64,000 bases of DNA from Candidatus Pacearchaeota archaeon (GTDB lineage Archaea; Nanobdellota; Nanobdellia; Pacearchaeales; UBA284): NCBI GenBank assembly GCA_038886195.1, contig JAVZYK010000001.1, positions 80,339 to 144,338 of the forward strand, in the 5' to 3' direction. Positions 48,284 to 57,723 of this stretch are shown in pieces. The notes below the pieces were generated by a model. It was not told the DNA's origin. It did no database searches and saw only the letters and a program-made list of their open reading frames with translations. The stretch's first letter is position 1. Each line of letters starts with the position of its first letter. Made by a program: the position numbers and the translations under genes.

Positions 48284-49651
48284 TTAGTAGTAGCTTTCAA
48301 GTTCTGGTTTTTCTTCAGTTGTTTTGTTTTGCTTTATCAATGTGATAACAAGTAAAACAATGATCACTACTGCAAGCACTATTCCTACTATCATTAAGAA
48401 AATTTTCCAATCAAATGCAGTTCCTGAAACATTGGCAGAGAAGTTATATTGCTTAGCTTCATTGCCATATTTAACACGAACTGTGAAAGGATAAATTCTT
48501 GATTCTGCATCTTTGTCAATCTCTAAGTTGATTGTAACAATCTTGCTTTCACCGTTGTTAAGTCTGAAAGTCGCAGGAACAACTGTTGCAGTTGCCCAAC
48601 CTTCTGTTCCCAAAACCTCGATTATGAAGTTTTCAGAAGTTTCTCCTATGTTGGTTATAAACAAACTGTAAGTTGCAGTTGAACCTTTGTTAGATTTAAC
48701 TTCTGTAATTTGAGGCATTATCTGGATGTTTCTTTCTAGTTGCTTTTCAACAACAATTGTTCTCGTTTCCTTGTCACTGACTTCAGTATTGTAAGCTTTT
48801 ATTTCAAGAGTGTAAGTTCCTTCAGTGTTTGGTAATGGAAGAGCTATTGTAACTTTTTCAGTATCTTCAACTTTACCATAACCATCGTAAGCTTCAATAT
48901 CACCAACATAGACATTTCTTGAAATGCCAAGTTCTGGTATGCTTACTTTGAGATAAACGTCTTCTGCTTTGTGATTGCCTCTGTTCTTAACAACAACATC
49001 AACGTATAAAGTGCTTCCAGCATTGAAAGTGCTGGTGCATTGGCCGCAGACACCTCTGTAATAGTTTTGATGGTCATACAAGTCAATGCTTAGGATGTCA
49101 AGAACATTGGCAATTCTTTGAACACTCATGTCTATCTTGGCTTCATCAACACCAGTTAACTCGTGGTTGCTTTCAATTTTGGCATACAAAGTGTAAAGAA
49201 CTCGAGCATCAATGTCATGAGGAATGTCTAAGACCAATGTCTTAGAGTAAAGATTTCCTCTGAAAACATCGAATTCAGTTGTTCTTGCTTCTATTTCCTC
49301 ACGATAACCATTAAGCCATACATGTAACTTAACATTGCTCAAGTCTTTGTTGCTTTTGAAAACAACCTTCACAGAAAGTTGTGAGTCTCTCTCTAGAGCT
49401 GGAGTTGAATACTGGTAAGTATAACATCTCCATCTCACAATGGTCGCTTCAGTTGTTGGAATTGTTGGATCGTAAGGAGGCCAAGAGTATTGATAGCAAA
49501 AACCATGCCATACAGCGTTACCTTCAACATAAACAGTCATTTCTTTTATATCTGGCATGCTAGGTTCTTGCCATGAATCTGCTAAAACAGTTGTAACTGC
49601 AAAAATTGCTACTAAGGCCATAACAAAAAACAAGCCAAGTTTGTTTTTCAT
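48284..49651 (-). CDS. CARDB/Ig-like cell-surface protein with C-terminal TM
   Basis: Signal peptide; VDVVVKNRG, ITNIG Ig-like strands; TM; ends ESYY. Confidence 0.75.
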   Translation of the reverse strand: MKNKLGLFFVMALVAIFAVTTVLADSWQEPSMPDIKEMTVYVEGNAVWHGFCYQYSWPPYDPTIPTTEATIVRWRCYTYQYSTPALERDSQLSVKVVFKSNKDLSNVKLHVWLNGYREEIEARTTEFDVFRGNLYSKTLVLDIPHDIDARVLYTLYAKIESNHELTGVDEAKIDMSVQRIANVLDILSIDLYDHQNYYRGVCGQCTSTFNAGSTLYVDVVVKNRGNHKAEDVYLKVSIPELGISRNVYVGDIEAYDGYGKVEDTEKVTIALPLPNTEGTYTLEIKAYNTEVSDKETRTIVVEKQLERNIQIMPQITEVKSNKGSTATYSLFITNIGETSENFIIEVLGTEGWATATVVPATFRLNNGESKIVTINLEIDKDAESRIYPFTVRVKYGNEAKQYNFSANVSGTAFDWKIFLMIVGIVLAVVIIVLLVITLIKQNKTTEEKPELESYY

Positions 49652-49689
49652 TTTGTTTTGTTTATTTTTAATTTAGTTATTTAAATTCA

Positions 49690-49722
49690 GCGATTTATCA
49701 CGATTAAGATCATTTAAATCGC
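49690..49722 (-). promoter_or_regulatory. 5' UTR hairpin of the surface-protein mRNA
   Basis: GCGATTTA...TAAATCGC inverted repeat between the TATA box (~49755) and ATG 49651. Confidence 0.45.
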
Positions 49723-49889
49723 CTAATTATTACTATTTTATAGTTAAAACACCTTTATAAACTTTTCGTTTTTCGGTTTTTTGATACTACTTATAAGAAA
49801 TTACATTATCTTAAAAAAAGAATGTAAAAAAATTTAAAATGTTTTATAAATCGACGATAAAAAGCGTTAGGATAAGTTGGTGGTAACAT

Positions 49890-50906
49890 TCATTTGAGCC
49901 ACTTAACATCAACATCATCAGTTCGCTCATAAGGCTTGATGTCCGCTTTGTCAGGCGAAATTGTTTGGCCCGCTTTAAACATAAGTATGCCTGTCCAAGC
50001 TATCATTGCAGCATTATCAACAAGAACATCATTAGGAGGCCAAAAGGCTTTAGCCCCTCGCTCTTTGCACATTATGCTTGCCATTTCCTGAAGCCTTTTA
50101 TTGCAAGCAACACCACCACCAAGCAACAGTTCATTTTTCTTGAGATGAGCCATGGCTCTTTCGCTTACTTCAATCAACATAGCAAAAGCATATTCTTGTA
50201 AAGAAAAAGCCAAATCCTCAAGCTTAAAACCTTTATCATATTTTTGTTTCAAGTTAGTAAGTAAGCCAGAAAAAGCAACATCCATGCCTTTAACAGTGTA
50301 AGGCAATTCTATCAGATTGTTGCTTTTGCTAGCCAATTCAGCAATTTTTGGGCCGCCTGGAAAGCCCAAACCAACATAGCGAGCAAAAGAATCAATAAAA
50401 TTTCCTATACCAATGTCAAGGGTTTCTCCAAAAATCCTATACTTTCCAGCAGCATAACTTATTATTTGTGTATTGGCGCCTGAACAATAAAGCAGTACAG
50501 GATCTTTGCATTTGCATAACTTTCTTCCTATTTCAAGATGAGCAATACAATGATTTACTGGCACGAGGGGCTTTTTTGTCTTTCGAGCCAGTTCTTTGGC
50601 AAGATACAAGCCTCTCAACAAGCATGGAGCCAAGCCAGGGCCTTGAGAATAAGCTATAATGTCTATATCGTTAAGCGATAAGCCGGCCTCATTCAGCGCC
50701 TGATTTAAAACCTTGTCCTTTACAGCATCGTGATGCTTGGCAGCTTCAACAGGAATTATGCCTCCTTTTTCTGTCGTGTATGTGTCTTTTACATTGCTCA
50801 AGATTTTGCAATCCGAATCAACAATAGCCACACCGAATGTGTGAGCAGTGGCTTCGATGCCCAAACATAATAATTTTTTCACCATCTTATTTTCTCTTTT
50901 TTTCAT
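49890..50906 (-). CDS. kae1: tRNA N6-adenosine threonylcarbamoyltransferase Kae1
   Basis: LGIEATAHTFG, SQGPGL, VNHCIAHLE, SGANTQ, GETLDIGIGN, DNAAMIA. Confidence 0.96.
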   Translation of the reverse strand: MKKRENKMVKKLLCLGIEATAHTFGVAIVDSDCKILSNVKDTYTTEKGGIIPVEAAKHHDAVKDKVLNQALNEAGLSLNDIDIIAYSQGPGLAPCLLRGLYLAKELARKTKKPLVPVNHCIAHLEIGRKLCKCKDPVLLYCSGANTQIISYAAGKYRIFGETLDIGIGNFIDSFARYVGLGFPGGPKIAELASKSNNLIELPYTVKGMDVAFSGLLTNLKQKYDKGFKLEDLAFSLQEYAFAMLIEVSERAMAHLKKNELLLGGGVACNKRLQEMASIMCKERGAKAFWPPNDVLVDNAAMIAWTGILMFKAGQTISPDKADIKPYERTDDVDVKWLK

Positions 50907-51028
50907 GAATAATTCAGCAAGAAGGGATTTTTATATTTTTATAATAAAAAGAAAGAGGCTTTTAGCGCCCAAAATCTCTCATATGACTGGAGCAATTGTT
51001 GGTCCAATTGGAGAAATAGTTTGTATAA

Positions 51029-51418
51029 GGAATAAAAACAATTTTAGAAGACCAATTAAAACAGAAAAAAACGATTCTTGTTTTGGGAGCACAAGGAAAG
51101 TTTAAAAAACTTTTTGAATATTATTGGGAGCAATGGAACAGAAGAAGAGAAAAATTAAAGATACCAATTAAGGTAATCTATAATGCAAGTCTAAAAGAAG
51201 AAAAACTTAAGCAAAAAGAAATTTTTAAATTGAAACTTGCTACTATTAAATTTTTGACAAAAGATTTTGATTTTCCGTCTACTATAAATATATGGCATGA
51301 CAAGGTTGCTACAATTTTATGGACAGAACAACCACTTGCCTTTGTGTTTGAAAGTAAGGAAGCTACAAAAAGTTATACAATTTTTTTTGAACTTCTATGG
51401 AATTTAGCAGAATTTTGA
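51029..51418 (+). pseudogene. 5'-truncated TrmB-like regulator (effector domain only)
   Basis: In frame from 51029: GIKTILEDQLKQKKTILVLGAQG...IWHDKVA...SY..FFELLW, preceded directly by TAA; no HTH or ATG. Confidence 0.65.
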
Positions 51419-51487
51419 ATTTTTTTGGCTTTATAATTTTAATGATTTTACATTTTTTATGCGTGTGGAACCAAGATTACTCCTATT

Positions 51488-51556
51488 TCGTTACGTCCCG
51501 TCGGCTCTCGCCTTCAACTCTCGGTCTTCGCTAACGCTCAGAGGACTTAACAACGA
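51488..51556 (-). repeat. GC-rich multibranch hairpin element (REP-like)
   Basis: Outer stem TCGTT..GTCC/GGAC..AACGA enclosing TCT-GA-GC-GTTA-GC-GA-AGA and GGC-GAGA-GCC. Confidence 0.5.
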
Positions 51557-51647
51557 TACTCAGAGTCTTTCAAACTTCCTAGATACAAAACTCTTATATT
51601 CATATTTTCATAAAAATTAGAAACTCTGCTTTGAAAAAGAAATAAAT

Positions 51648-52652
51648 CTATTTGAGATACATCATATCAAATTTTGCTTGTTTGCCCTTTATTGTTAAGA
51701 TTCCTGCCATTCCATTATAAATTTTTCCATCTAAGTTTTGCCATATCTCGAGTGTACCAAAATTAGCAGTAAATTGCTTTGCCCATTCTCCTTGTTTAAT
51801 TAGTTTTCCATCATATGTTGCAGCATATCCGCCAGCTTCGTGAATATGTCCGACAACTGCAAACGGAATATTATTTTCTCTCATCATTTCAGTTGTAGTT
51901 ACATCACCAACATCATTTCCAGAATAAATAGTTGCAGGACCTGCTCTTCCATCGGTTTTAGTTTTGCCTGCACCATGAGCAATTAACACGACTGCATCAT
52001 CCAATCCTTCACGAAATTTTCCTGTTGCTCTAATGAAATCAGGTTTTGCCCAATAGCCATCATCTGGAATAAGTTGCCTTCCAGGAATTTTAAATGTTTG
52101 ATAACCAGGCAGACTTACAAAATCAACATCATCTCCATCAAAAACTCTAAACTGCGTCATATCAATGACATTTTTATATTTTGCAGTTACTTCAGCAAGA
52201 GCCGATTCATAATCTTTTTTTCTTTCATGATTTCCAGGAATTACAAATACAGGCAAACCAGTTTCAGCAACTACTTCCAAAACTTGTTTTATTTTATCTT
52301 TATCTGAGTTAGAATCTCTTTGACCATATCTTATTGTTTCATTAATTGCCAAATCTCCAGGCATAATAATTCCATCTACTCCCATTTCCTTGAATTTTTG
52401 TGCAAACGCTCTTGCTTTCTCGACCTCTCCATGAGCATCAGAAATAACACCATATCTTGCTTCATTATCCTCATCAGAATTTAATTGAGAAACCTTATTT
52501 CCATCAAATCTGTATTCCCCCCCATTGATTGTTCTGACTATTGGAGTTGTCTGACTTACCTTAGACTCTAAATCATTTTTACCTTTACATCCAACCACGC
52601 CTAAAGCAAGAGTTCCTAGTAGTCCATATAATATTAAATTTTTACATTTCAT
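51648..52652 (-). CDS. Calcineurin-like metallophosphoesterase with lipobox-like signal
   Basis: SDAH, GDL, PGNHE, IAH, GHIHE; N-terminal LALGVVGC. Confidence 0.88.
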   Translation of the reverse strand: MKCKNLILYGLLGTLALGVVGCKGKNDLESKVSQTTPIVRTINGGEYRFDGNKVSQLNSDEDNEARYGVISDAHGEVEKARAFAQKFKEMGVDGIIMPGDLAINETIRYGQRDSNSDKDKIKQVLEVVAETGLPVFVIPGNHERKKDYESALAEVTAKYKNVIDMTQFRVFDGDDVDFVSLPGYQTFKIPGRQLIPDDGYWAKPDFIRATGKFREGLDDAVVLIAHGAGKTKTDGRAGPATIYSGNDVGDVTTTEMMRENNIPFAVVGHIHEAGGYAATYDGKLIKQGEWAKQFTANFGTLEIWQNLDGKIYNGMAGILTIKGKQAKFDMMYLK

Positions 52653-52728
52653 AACATGACTAAAGAGGCATTTACTTATAAAGCTTTCGGTAGATTTACT
52701 ACTAAATAATTACTATGATAAAAACTAC

Positions 52729-52877
52729 TGCCCCCCAACTTTTTAGTCCTTCGGACATTTTGTCTGCTTCGCAGTTATTCTATAAACCGACGATAATCCA
52801 AAATATTATCTTTAACTCTAAAATTTTGCCTTTGGCATCGTTACACTAAAGATTAGGTCTTCCCTTTCGTCAGACGC
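52729..52877 (-). repeat. Cluster of mini-hairpins (REP-like/structured element)
   Basis: Minus strand GTCC-GAA-GGAC, CTGC-GAA-GCAG, TGCC-AAA-GGCA, GATAAT..ATTATC, GTCT-GA-C-GAAA-G-GGA-AGAC. Confidence 0.5.
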
Positions 52878-53123
52878 GTACAATATTATGAGCCAAGAAG
52901 AAACATTGATTTAGAAGAAGTCTGAATTTTGTTCTTAAAAAATATAAGAAAAGATTAGAGGAAGATTCCTAAAGAATTTGCGGGATTTGAAGCTTTCTTA
53001 AATTTTTTGATGATCTAATTTTTCTTTTTCATAAACTTCAAACTCTCGAAAAAATCTGTTATTTCAGTTCCTGGATACTCCGACCAGCCTATCCCCCCAT
53101 TTTTTCAACAAATTTAAATATAA

Positions 53124-53708
53124 ATGAATTCTAACGAATTTATGCTTGAACCATTAATTGTTACTTTCGCATTAGTACTAATTTCAGAGATTGCCGATAA
53201 ATCCCAATTAGTAATCCTTGGGCTGGCGTTGAAATACAAATCCCCTCTTAAGATTTTTCTTATCGGATTATCTGCTCAGGTTTCAATGGATTTGCTTGCT
53301 ATTCTTGCTGGCGCTTTTTTTAGTTTTTATTTGCCATTCAACCTGATTAAGATATTGATTGCTATTTTGTTTATTCTTTTTGGGCTATGGATTTTCGCTC
53401 AGCCATATTTCATCAAAGCCAAAAACGGCGGTAAAAAACTTTCAACTAAAATGCCCTTAGCAAGCTTATTTCTAACTGTTTTTCTTAGTGAATTTGGGGA
53501 TAAAACACAGATAACATCGGGCTTATTGACTGCCAAATACCAATCTCCTGTTCTTGTCCTAATAGGATTGACTTCAGCTCTTGCAGTAGTGATTGCGATA
53601 TATGTTTTAATAGGTACAAAACTTGCTGAAAAAATCCCAAGCAAGGCGATAAACGTAGTTACATCTGTTCTATTTATTCTGTTTGGTTTATTCAGTTTGT
53701 TAAGTTAA
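53124..53708 (+). CDS. TMEM165/GDT1 (UPF0016) Ca2+/Mn2+ transporter
   Basis: EIADKSQL and EFGDKTQI repeats, about 6 TM. Confidence 0.9.
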   Translation: MNSNEFMLEPLIVTFALVLISEIADKSQLVILGLALKYKSPLKIFLIGLSAQVSMDLLAILAGAFFSFYLPFNLIKILIAILFILFGLWIFAQPYFIKAKNGGKKLSTKMPLASLFLTVFLSEFGDKTQITSGLLTAKYQSPVLVLIGLTSALAVVIAIYVLIGTKLAEKIPSKAINVVTSVLFILFGLFSLLS

Positions 53709-53780
53709 TTGCTAACGCTCCTCCCTTGACTACATTCCCTGAAAAGATATATTTTTAAATCCTTTAAAATAATTTGAAAT

Positions 53781-53840
53781 ATGAAAGAGTTACAAAAACG
53801 AATCAAAGAATTTTGTAAGTTTCGCTGGCTCCGAAAATGA
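53781..53840 (+). pseudogene. 19-aa remnant resembling the N-terminus of MazG-like pyrophosphohydrolases
   Basis: MKELQKRIKEFCKFRWLRK*; ATGA overlap with the next ORF. Confidence 0.3.
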
Positions 53841-54423
53841 TAGTTAATAAATCTCAATTTTCTATGTGCAAACGCTGTGAATTTGATGCCAAATGTTGTA
53901 AAATTGTGCCTCCCATGATTTTTGAATTTGAACGAATAAATTTTCAAAATCACATAATTTTTGATAAATTTAAAGGTAAACAAATTCCTTTATTAAAAAA
54001 ACATGGCAAGACTTGCATTTTTTTGAAAAATAATAAATGTCAGATTTATAAAAAAAAAGACCATTTAATTGTATAATATTTCCTTTTGATATTAGAAAAA
54101 TTAAAGGAAAACTATATTCTAAAGTAAAATCCATTACATCCATTACGACAGTTGAAAAGTTTAAAGAAGTTATTGAGAAAATGAGAAAATGTGACAAAAT
54201 ATATGGCAAAGTTATAATATCTGATTTTTATGACTTGCCGGAAAACCAAAAATTTGATTGTATAATTGGAGATATTTGGCCAGATATAGATGCAAGATTT
54301 TTAAAAGATTATGTAAAATTTAAAAATAAAGCTCAAAAACTTCTAAAAAAGAACGGTAAAATTTTGGCTTGGGGTAAAGACTATTTTGAATTTTTATTGA
54401 AGAAGAGAAAGCTAGCTTATTAA
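53837..54423 (+). pseudogene. YkgJ-type Cys-cluster ORF joined by a -1 shift at A9 to the C-terminal half of a SAM-methyltransferase
   Basis: CKRC...CC...CIFL...CQIY, then in the -1 frame RPFNCIIFPF...VKSITSITTVEK...DFY...KFDCIIGDIW. Confidence 0.6.
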
Positions 54424-54468
54424 TTCCTAATAAATTTCTAGTGTGTGCGCCCAAGACAAGATTATATT

Positions 54469-55143
54469 TTATCGGCTTCTTTTCACTCCAACTTTTTTAC
54501 AATAACGCGCTATAGGGCATTTGCTGCACAGGGGTGAGATTGGCTTACATATAGTTTTGCCGAACAAGACAAAGATAGCATTAAACTCTCGCCAGTAACG
54601 TTTTGGCAAGATTGACTCGAGAGCTTTTTCTGTTTGTTCTGGTGTTTTTGTTTTGACCCAGCCAAGGCGATTAGGAATTCTGTGGCAATGGGTGTCTATA
54701 GGCAATACATTCTGACAAAAAGCAAATGATAAAACTATGTTTGCTGTCTTAGGACCGATGCCTTTTATTGATAGCAATTCTTGTTTGTTGTTTGGGACTT
54801 TTCCTTTGTATTTTTCAAGTAAGACTTTTGAAACATACTTGAGTGTGCGGGCTTTCTTTTTATAATGGCCAGAACTATAGATAAGCTTTTCTAATTTCTT
54901 AAGAGGCATGTTCGCTATAGCTTCTGGAGTAACAGCAACTGCAAATAATTGTTTTGAAACTTTTTCAGTGTTTTTGTCTTGGGTTCTGAGCGAGAGAAGG
55001 CAAGAAATAAGAATTTTGAAAGGATCTTCTTTTTGGCAGCGCATCCTGTTGAGAGTGGTTTTCTCGCTGTAGTTAAAATATCTTGCAAGAATGTTCATTA
55101 CCTTATCGATATTTTTTGTTTTCATGTTTGTTATAAATATCAA
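54469..55143 (-). CDS. nth: Endonuclease III
   Basis: PFKILISCLLSLRTQD, HhH LLSIKGIGPKTA, IDTH, C-x6-C-x2-C-x5-C. Confidence 0.94.
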   Translation of the reverse strand: MIFITNMKTKNIDKVMNILARYFNYSEKTTLNRMRCQKEDPFKILISCLLSLRTQDKNTEKVSKQLFAVAVTPEAIANMPLKKLEKLIYSSGHYKKKARTLKYVSKVLLEKYKGKVPNNKQELLSIKGIGPKTANIVLSFAFCQNVLPIDTHCHRIPNRLGWVKTKTPEQTEKALESILPKRYWREFNAIFVLFGKTICKPISPLCSKCPIARYCKKVGVKRSR

Positions 55144-55209
55144 TTAGATTTAAAAAATTTTAGAATAAAATAAAAAGAAAAAAGAAAGAACAGAAAAAGA
55201 TATGAGTTT

Positions 55210-55335
55210 TTACTTCTTTTTCTTTTTTCGTCCGCCACGAGCCATCTTTGCTTCACAGACATTACCTTTTGCATCTACATAGTATAAGTATCCTGGTTTT
55301 CTCTTCACTGCATTCTTTATAAGGACTTTTCCCAT
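55210..55335 (-). CDS. 41-aa basic protein, Cc1-like chromatin protein; not in the ORF track
   Basis: MGKVLIKNAVKRKPGYLYYVDAKGNVCEAKMARGGRKKKKK; strong AAGGAGGT SD. Confidence 0.7.
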   Translation of the reverse strand: MGKVLIKNAVKRKPGYLYYVDAKGNVCEAKMARGGRKKKKK

Positions 55336-55415
55336 TTGTTTTACCTCCTTTTAATTTAGTAGGCTAATTATAACCTTAGCCTTTTTAATTTAAATTTTAA
55401 AAGACAAGGTTATAT

Positions 55416-55832
55416 TTAAATGTTTTGTTCGACGATATTTTTACTTTCTAGCGACGAATTTGAAAGCTTTTTGAACTTGTTATAAAGTTTGTCTATCTTG
55501 GCTCTTGTCACGACATTATGATGTAAAAAGCCACCACCAAAAGTTTTAGGAATGTGTAAGAGCTCATGGATAAGAGTCTTGATTTGCTCTTCTTCTTTTT
55601 GCTTGTCATAAGTTTCAGAAATAACTTCAATAACATAAGCAGGCTCCATTGCTAAAACTTGTTGCATTATCTTTGGTAAAGCATGGCATCGGGCAATAAT
55701 TCCTTTTGAATTTGAACCATAGCTCCTTACACAATAAACTCGTTCTGGATTGATGTGATTCAATTCAAGAACTTTAACAATTAACTCAATTCTTTTCTTT
55801 ATGTCTGGTGCGTCTTGATATTTTATTACCAT
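55416..55832 (-). CDS. Putative zinc metallopeptidase
   Basis: IARC...YVIEVISE...LIHELLHIP..F.GG (HExxH). Confidence 0.78.
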   Translation of the reverse strand: MVIKYQDAPDIKKRIELIVKVLELNHINPERVYCVRSYGSNSKGIIARCHALPKIMQQVLAMEPAYVIEVISETYDKQKEEEQIKTLIHELLHIPKTFGGGFLHHNVVTRAKIDKLYNKFKKLSNSSLESKNIVEQNI

Positions 55833-55844
55833 TTTTTATAATGT

Positions 55845-56054
55845 TTATCTTATTTCTATAATTTTTTCTTTTGAGCTTAGGCCTTTTACTATTCTTATTT
55901 GAGAGCTTGAAACTTTATAATGTTTTGCTAATGTTTTGATTAACTCGATATTGGCTTTATTTTTCTCTGCCGGCGCCTTTATATAAGCAATATTTTCTTT
56001 TTCTACAAATTTGCTTTCAGGAGAATTGGGTTTTATTTTCAATTTTAACAACAT
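55845..56054 (-). CDS. DUF167/YggU-family protein
   Basis: KIKPNS...[17 protein letters not shown]...I.IVKG..SKEK. Confidence 0.85.
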   Translation of the reverse strand: MLLKLKIKPNSPESKFVEKENIAYIKAPAEKNKANIELIKTLAKHYKVSSSQIRIVKGLSSKEKIIEIR

Positions 56055-56114
56055 ATTTCGATAAAGAGAAAAACATTTATAAAGTTAGTTGTGAACTTTA
56101 ATCTATTGTTTAAA

Positions 56115-56537
56115 ATGGGATTGATGAGTGCAAGAAAGTTGAAAAAGAAGCGCAAGAAGGCGCGCTGGGCTGATTGGAACTATAGAAAAAGAATGTTGCG
56201 TTTAAAAGAAAAGAGCGATCCTCTTGAAGGTGCAAGTCAAGCAAGAGGAATTGTTTTAGAAAAAGTTCAATTTGAAGCAAAACAGCCCAACTCTGCAATG
56301 CGTAAATGTGTTAGAGTTCAGCTCATCAAAAATAACAAACAAGTTACTGCTTTTATTCCAGGAAATCTTGCTCAAAGATTTATTGATGAACATGACGAGG
56401 TTATTATAGAGTCGATTGGTGGCAAACAAGGTCGTGCTAAGGGCGACATTCCTTGTGTTAGATATCAAGTTATAAAAGTCAATGATCAGCCATTACAAAT
56501 GCTTGTAAAAGGCAAGATTGAAAAGGGAAGAAGATAA
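56115..56537 (+). CDS. rps12: Ribosomal protein uS12
   Basis: [30 protein letters not shown] at 56115. Confidence 0.96.
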   Translation: MGLMSARKLKKKRKKARWADWNYRKRMLRLKEKSDPLEGASQARGIVLEKVQFEAKQPNSAMRKCVRVQLIKNNKQVTAFIPGNLAQRFIDEHDEVIIESIGGKQGRAKGDIPCVRYQVIKVNDQPLQMLVKGKIEKGRR

Positions 56538-56539
56538 AA

Positions 56540-56758
56540 ATGGATGTAAGAAAATTTTTTAAAGATTTTATTGATACAGAAAAAAATTTGTGTGAAGCTC
56601 AAGGAATAACTGAAATTTTAAAACAGGAATATGGAATTCAATTTGGTAAAGGTTATGTTTTTTATTTATTAAGATCAATAGAGAATAAGAGAGTTATGCA
56701 TAATGAAGCTGAAGACTCTTTTTTAGTGTTAAAATGTAAGGAGGAGTTTGGTGAATAA
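56540..56758 (+). CDS. Small hypothetical protein, possibly winged-helix
   Basis: ITEILKQEYGIQFGKGYVFYLLRSIE resembles a wHTH; fills the S12-S7 gap. Confidence 0.55.
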   Translation: MDVRKFFKDFIDTEKNLCEAQGITEILKQEYGIQFGKGYVFYLLRSIENKRVMHNEAEDSFLVLKCKEEFGE

Positions 56759-57344
56759 AATGAAAATTTTTGGCATTTATGATGTTTCTGAAGTAAAAGT
56801 CGAAGATCCTGGATTAAAAAGATATATTAATCTAGACGCCAAGTTATTACCGAAAACAAAAGGAAAAGCTAGAGAAAAATTCGGAAAAAGTAAAGTGAAT
56901 ATTGTTGAAAGACTGATTAATGTTTTAGCGACACCAGGGCATAGAGGCAAAAAACACAAAATCATAACTAGAGTTTCTGGCAAATATTCACAAGAAGCAA
57001 AAGTTGTTTTAAAAGCATTTGAAATAATTAAAGAAAAAACACAACAAAATCCAATACAAGTTTTAGTAAAAGCAATTGAGAACGCAGCTCCTAGAGATGA
57101 AATAACTACAATAGAATATGGAGGTGCTCGTTATCCTCAGGCTGTTGATGTTTCTCCTTTACGGAGAGTCAATCTAGCCTTGCATAATATAGTTCATGGA
57201 GCTCATGATAAAGCTTTTGATTCCAAGAAAAAGCTTCCAGAAACTTTGGCTAATGAAATAATACTTGCAAGTCAAAACAATAGCGAGAGTTTTGCTATAA
57301 CCAAAAAAATAGAAATGGAAAAACAAGCAGACTCTGCAAGATAA
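56751..57344 (+). CDS. rps7: Ribosomal protein uS7
   Basis: NPIQVLVKAIENAAPRDE, YGGARYPQAVDVSPLRR; GGAGG SD before GTG. Confidence 0.96.
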   Translation: MNKMKIFGIYDVSEVKVEDPGLKRYINLDAKLLPKTKGKAREKFGKSKVNIVERLINVLATPGHRGKKHKIITRVSGKYSQEAKVVLKAFEIIKEKTQQNPIQVLVKAIENAAPRDEITTIEYGGARYPQAVDVSPLRRVNLALHNIVHGAHDKAFDSKKKLPETLANEIILASQNNSESFAITKKIEMEKQADSAR

Positions 57345-57368
57345 TTTGTGAAAATTAAAAAGTTAAAA

Positions 57369-57722
57369 ATGGATTTGAAGGAGACTATAGAGAACGATAC
57401 TAAAATAAGAAAAGATAAATTTGGAAAAAAGATAGCCCCATATGTAGATATAAAAATAGAAAATGTGAGACTAATTAGAAGCTCTGATCCAGATTTGAAA
57501 CAAATAAAAATCGATTTTTCAAAAAGTTATGATAATAAAATTAGAATTCCTTTTTCAGATGTTATTTCTGTTGAAGGAGAAGATATTAGTTCAAGAGAAA
57601 AAATAAAAAATTGTGCCATAAATTATTTTGATAAAGTTGTTAAAAGTGTTGAAAAAGAAGGAATAATTAGTATTAAATATTCCGAAAATCGCTATGTTTT
57701 TCATAGAGAGCTGAAAGAATAA
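57369..57722 (+). CDS. Hypothetical protein between uS7 and EF-2
   Basis: ORF fills the gap; stop 1 nt before the EF-2 ATG. Confidence 0.55.
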   Translation: MDLKETIENDTKIRKDKFGKKIAPYVDIKIENVRLIRSSDPDLKQIKIDFSKSYDNKIRIPFSDVISVEGEDISSREKIKNCAINYFDKVVKSVEKEGIISIKYSENRYVFHRELKE

Positions 57723-57723
57723 A

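Noticed and set aside
51488..51556. Hammerhead ribozyme or canonical integron attC
   Set aside because: The CUGANGA/GAAA core and properly paired RYYYAAC...GTTRRRY boxes were not found; kept only as a generic structured element.
53060..53123. Possible yybP-ykoY Mn riboswitch upstream of the GDT1-family gene
   Set aside because: No recognisable four-way-junction consensus; the GC patch looks more like an antisense gene remnant.
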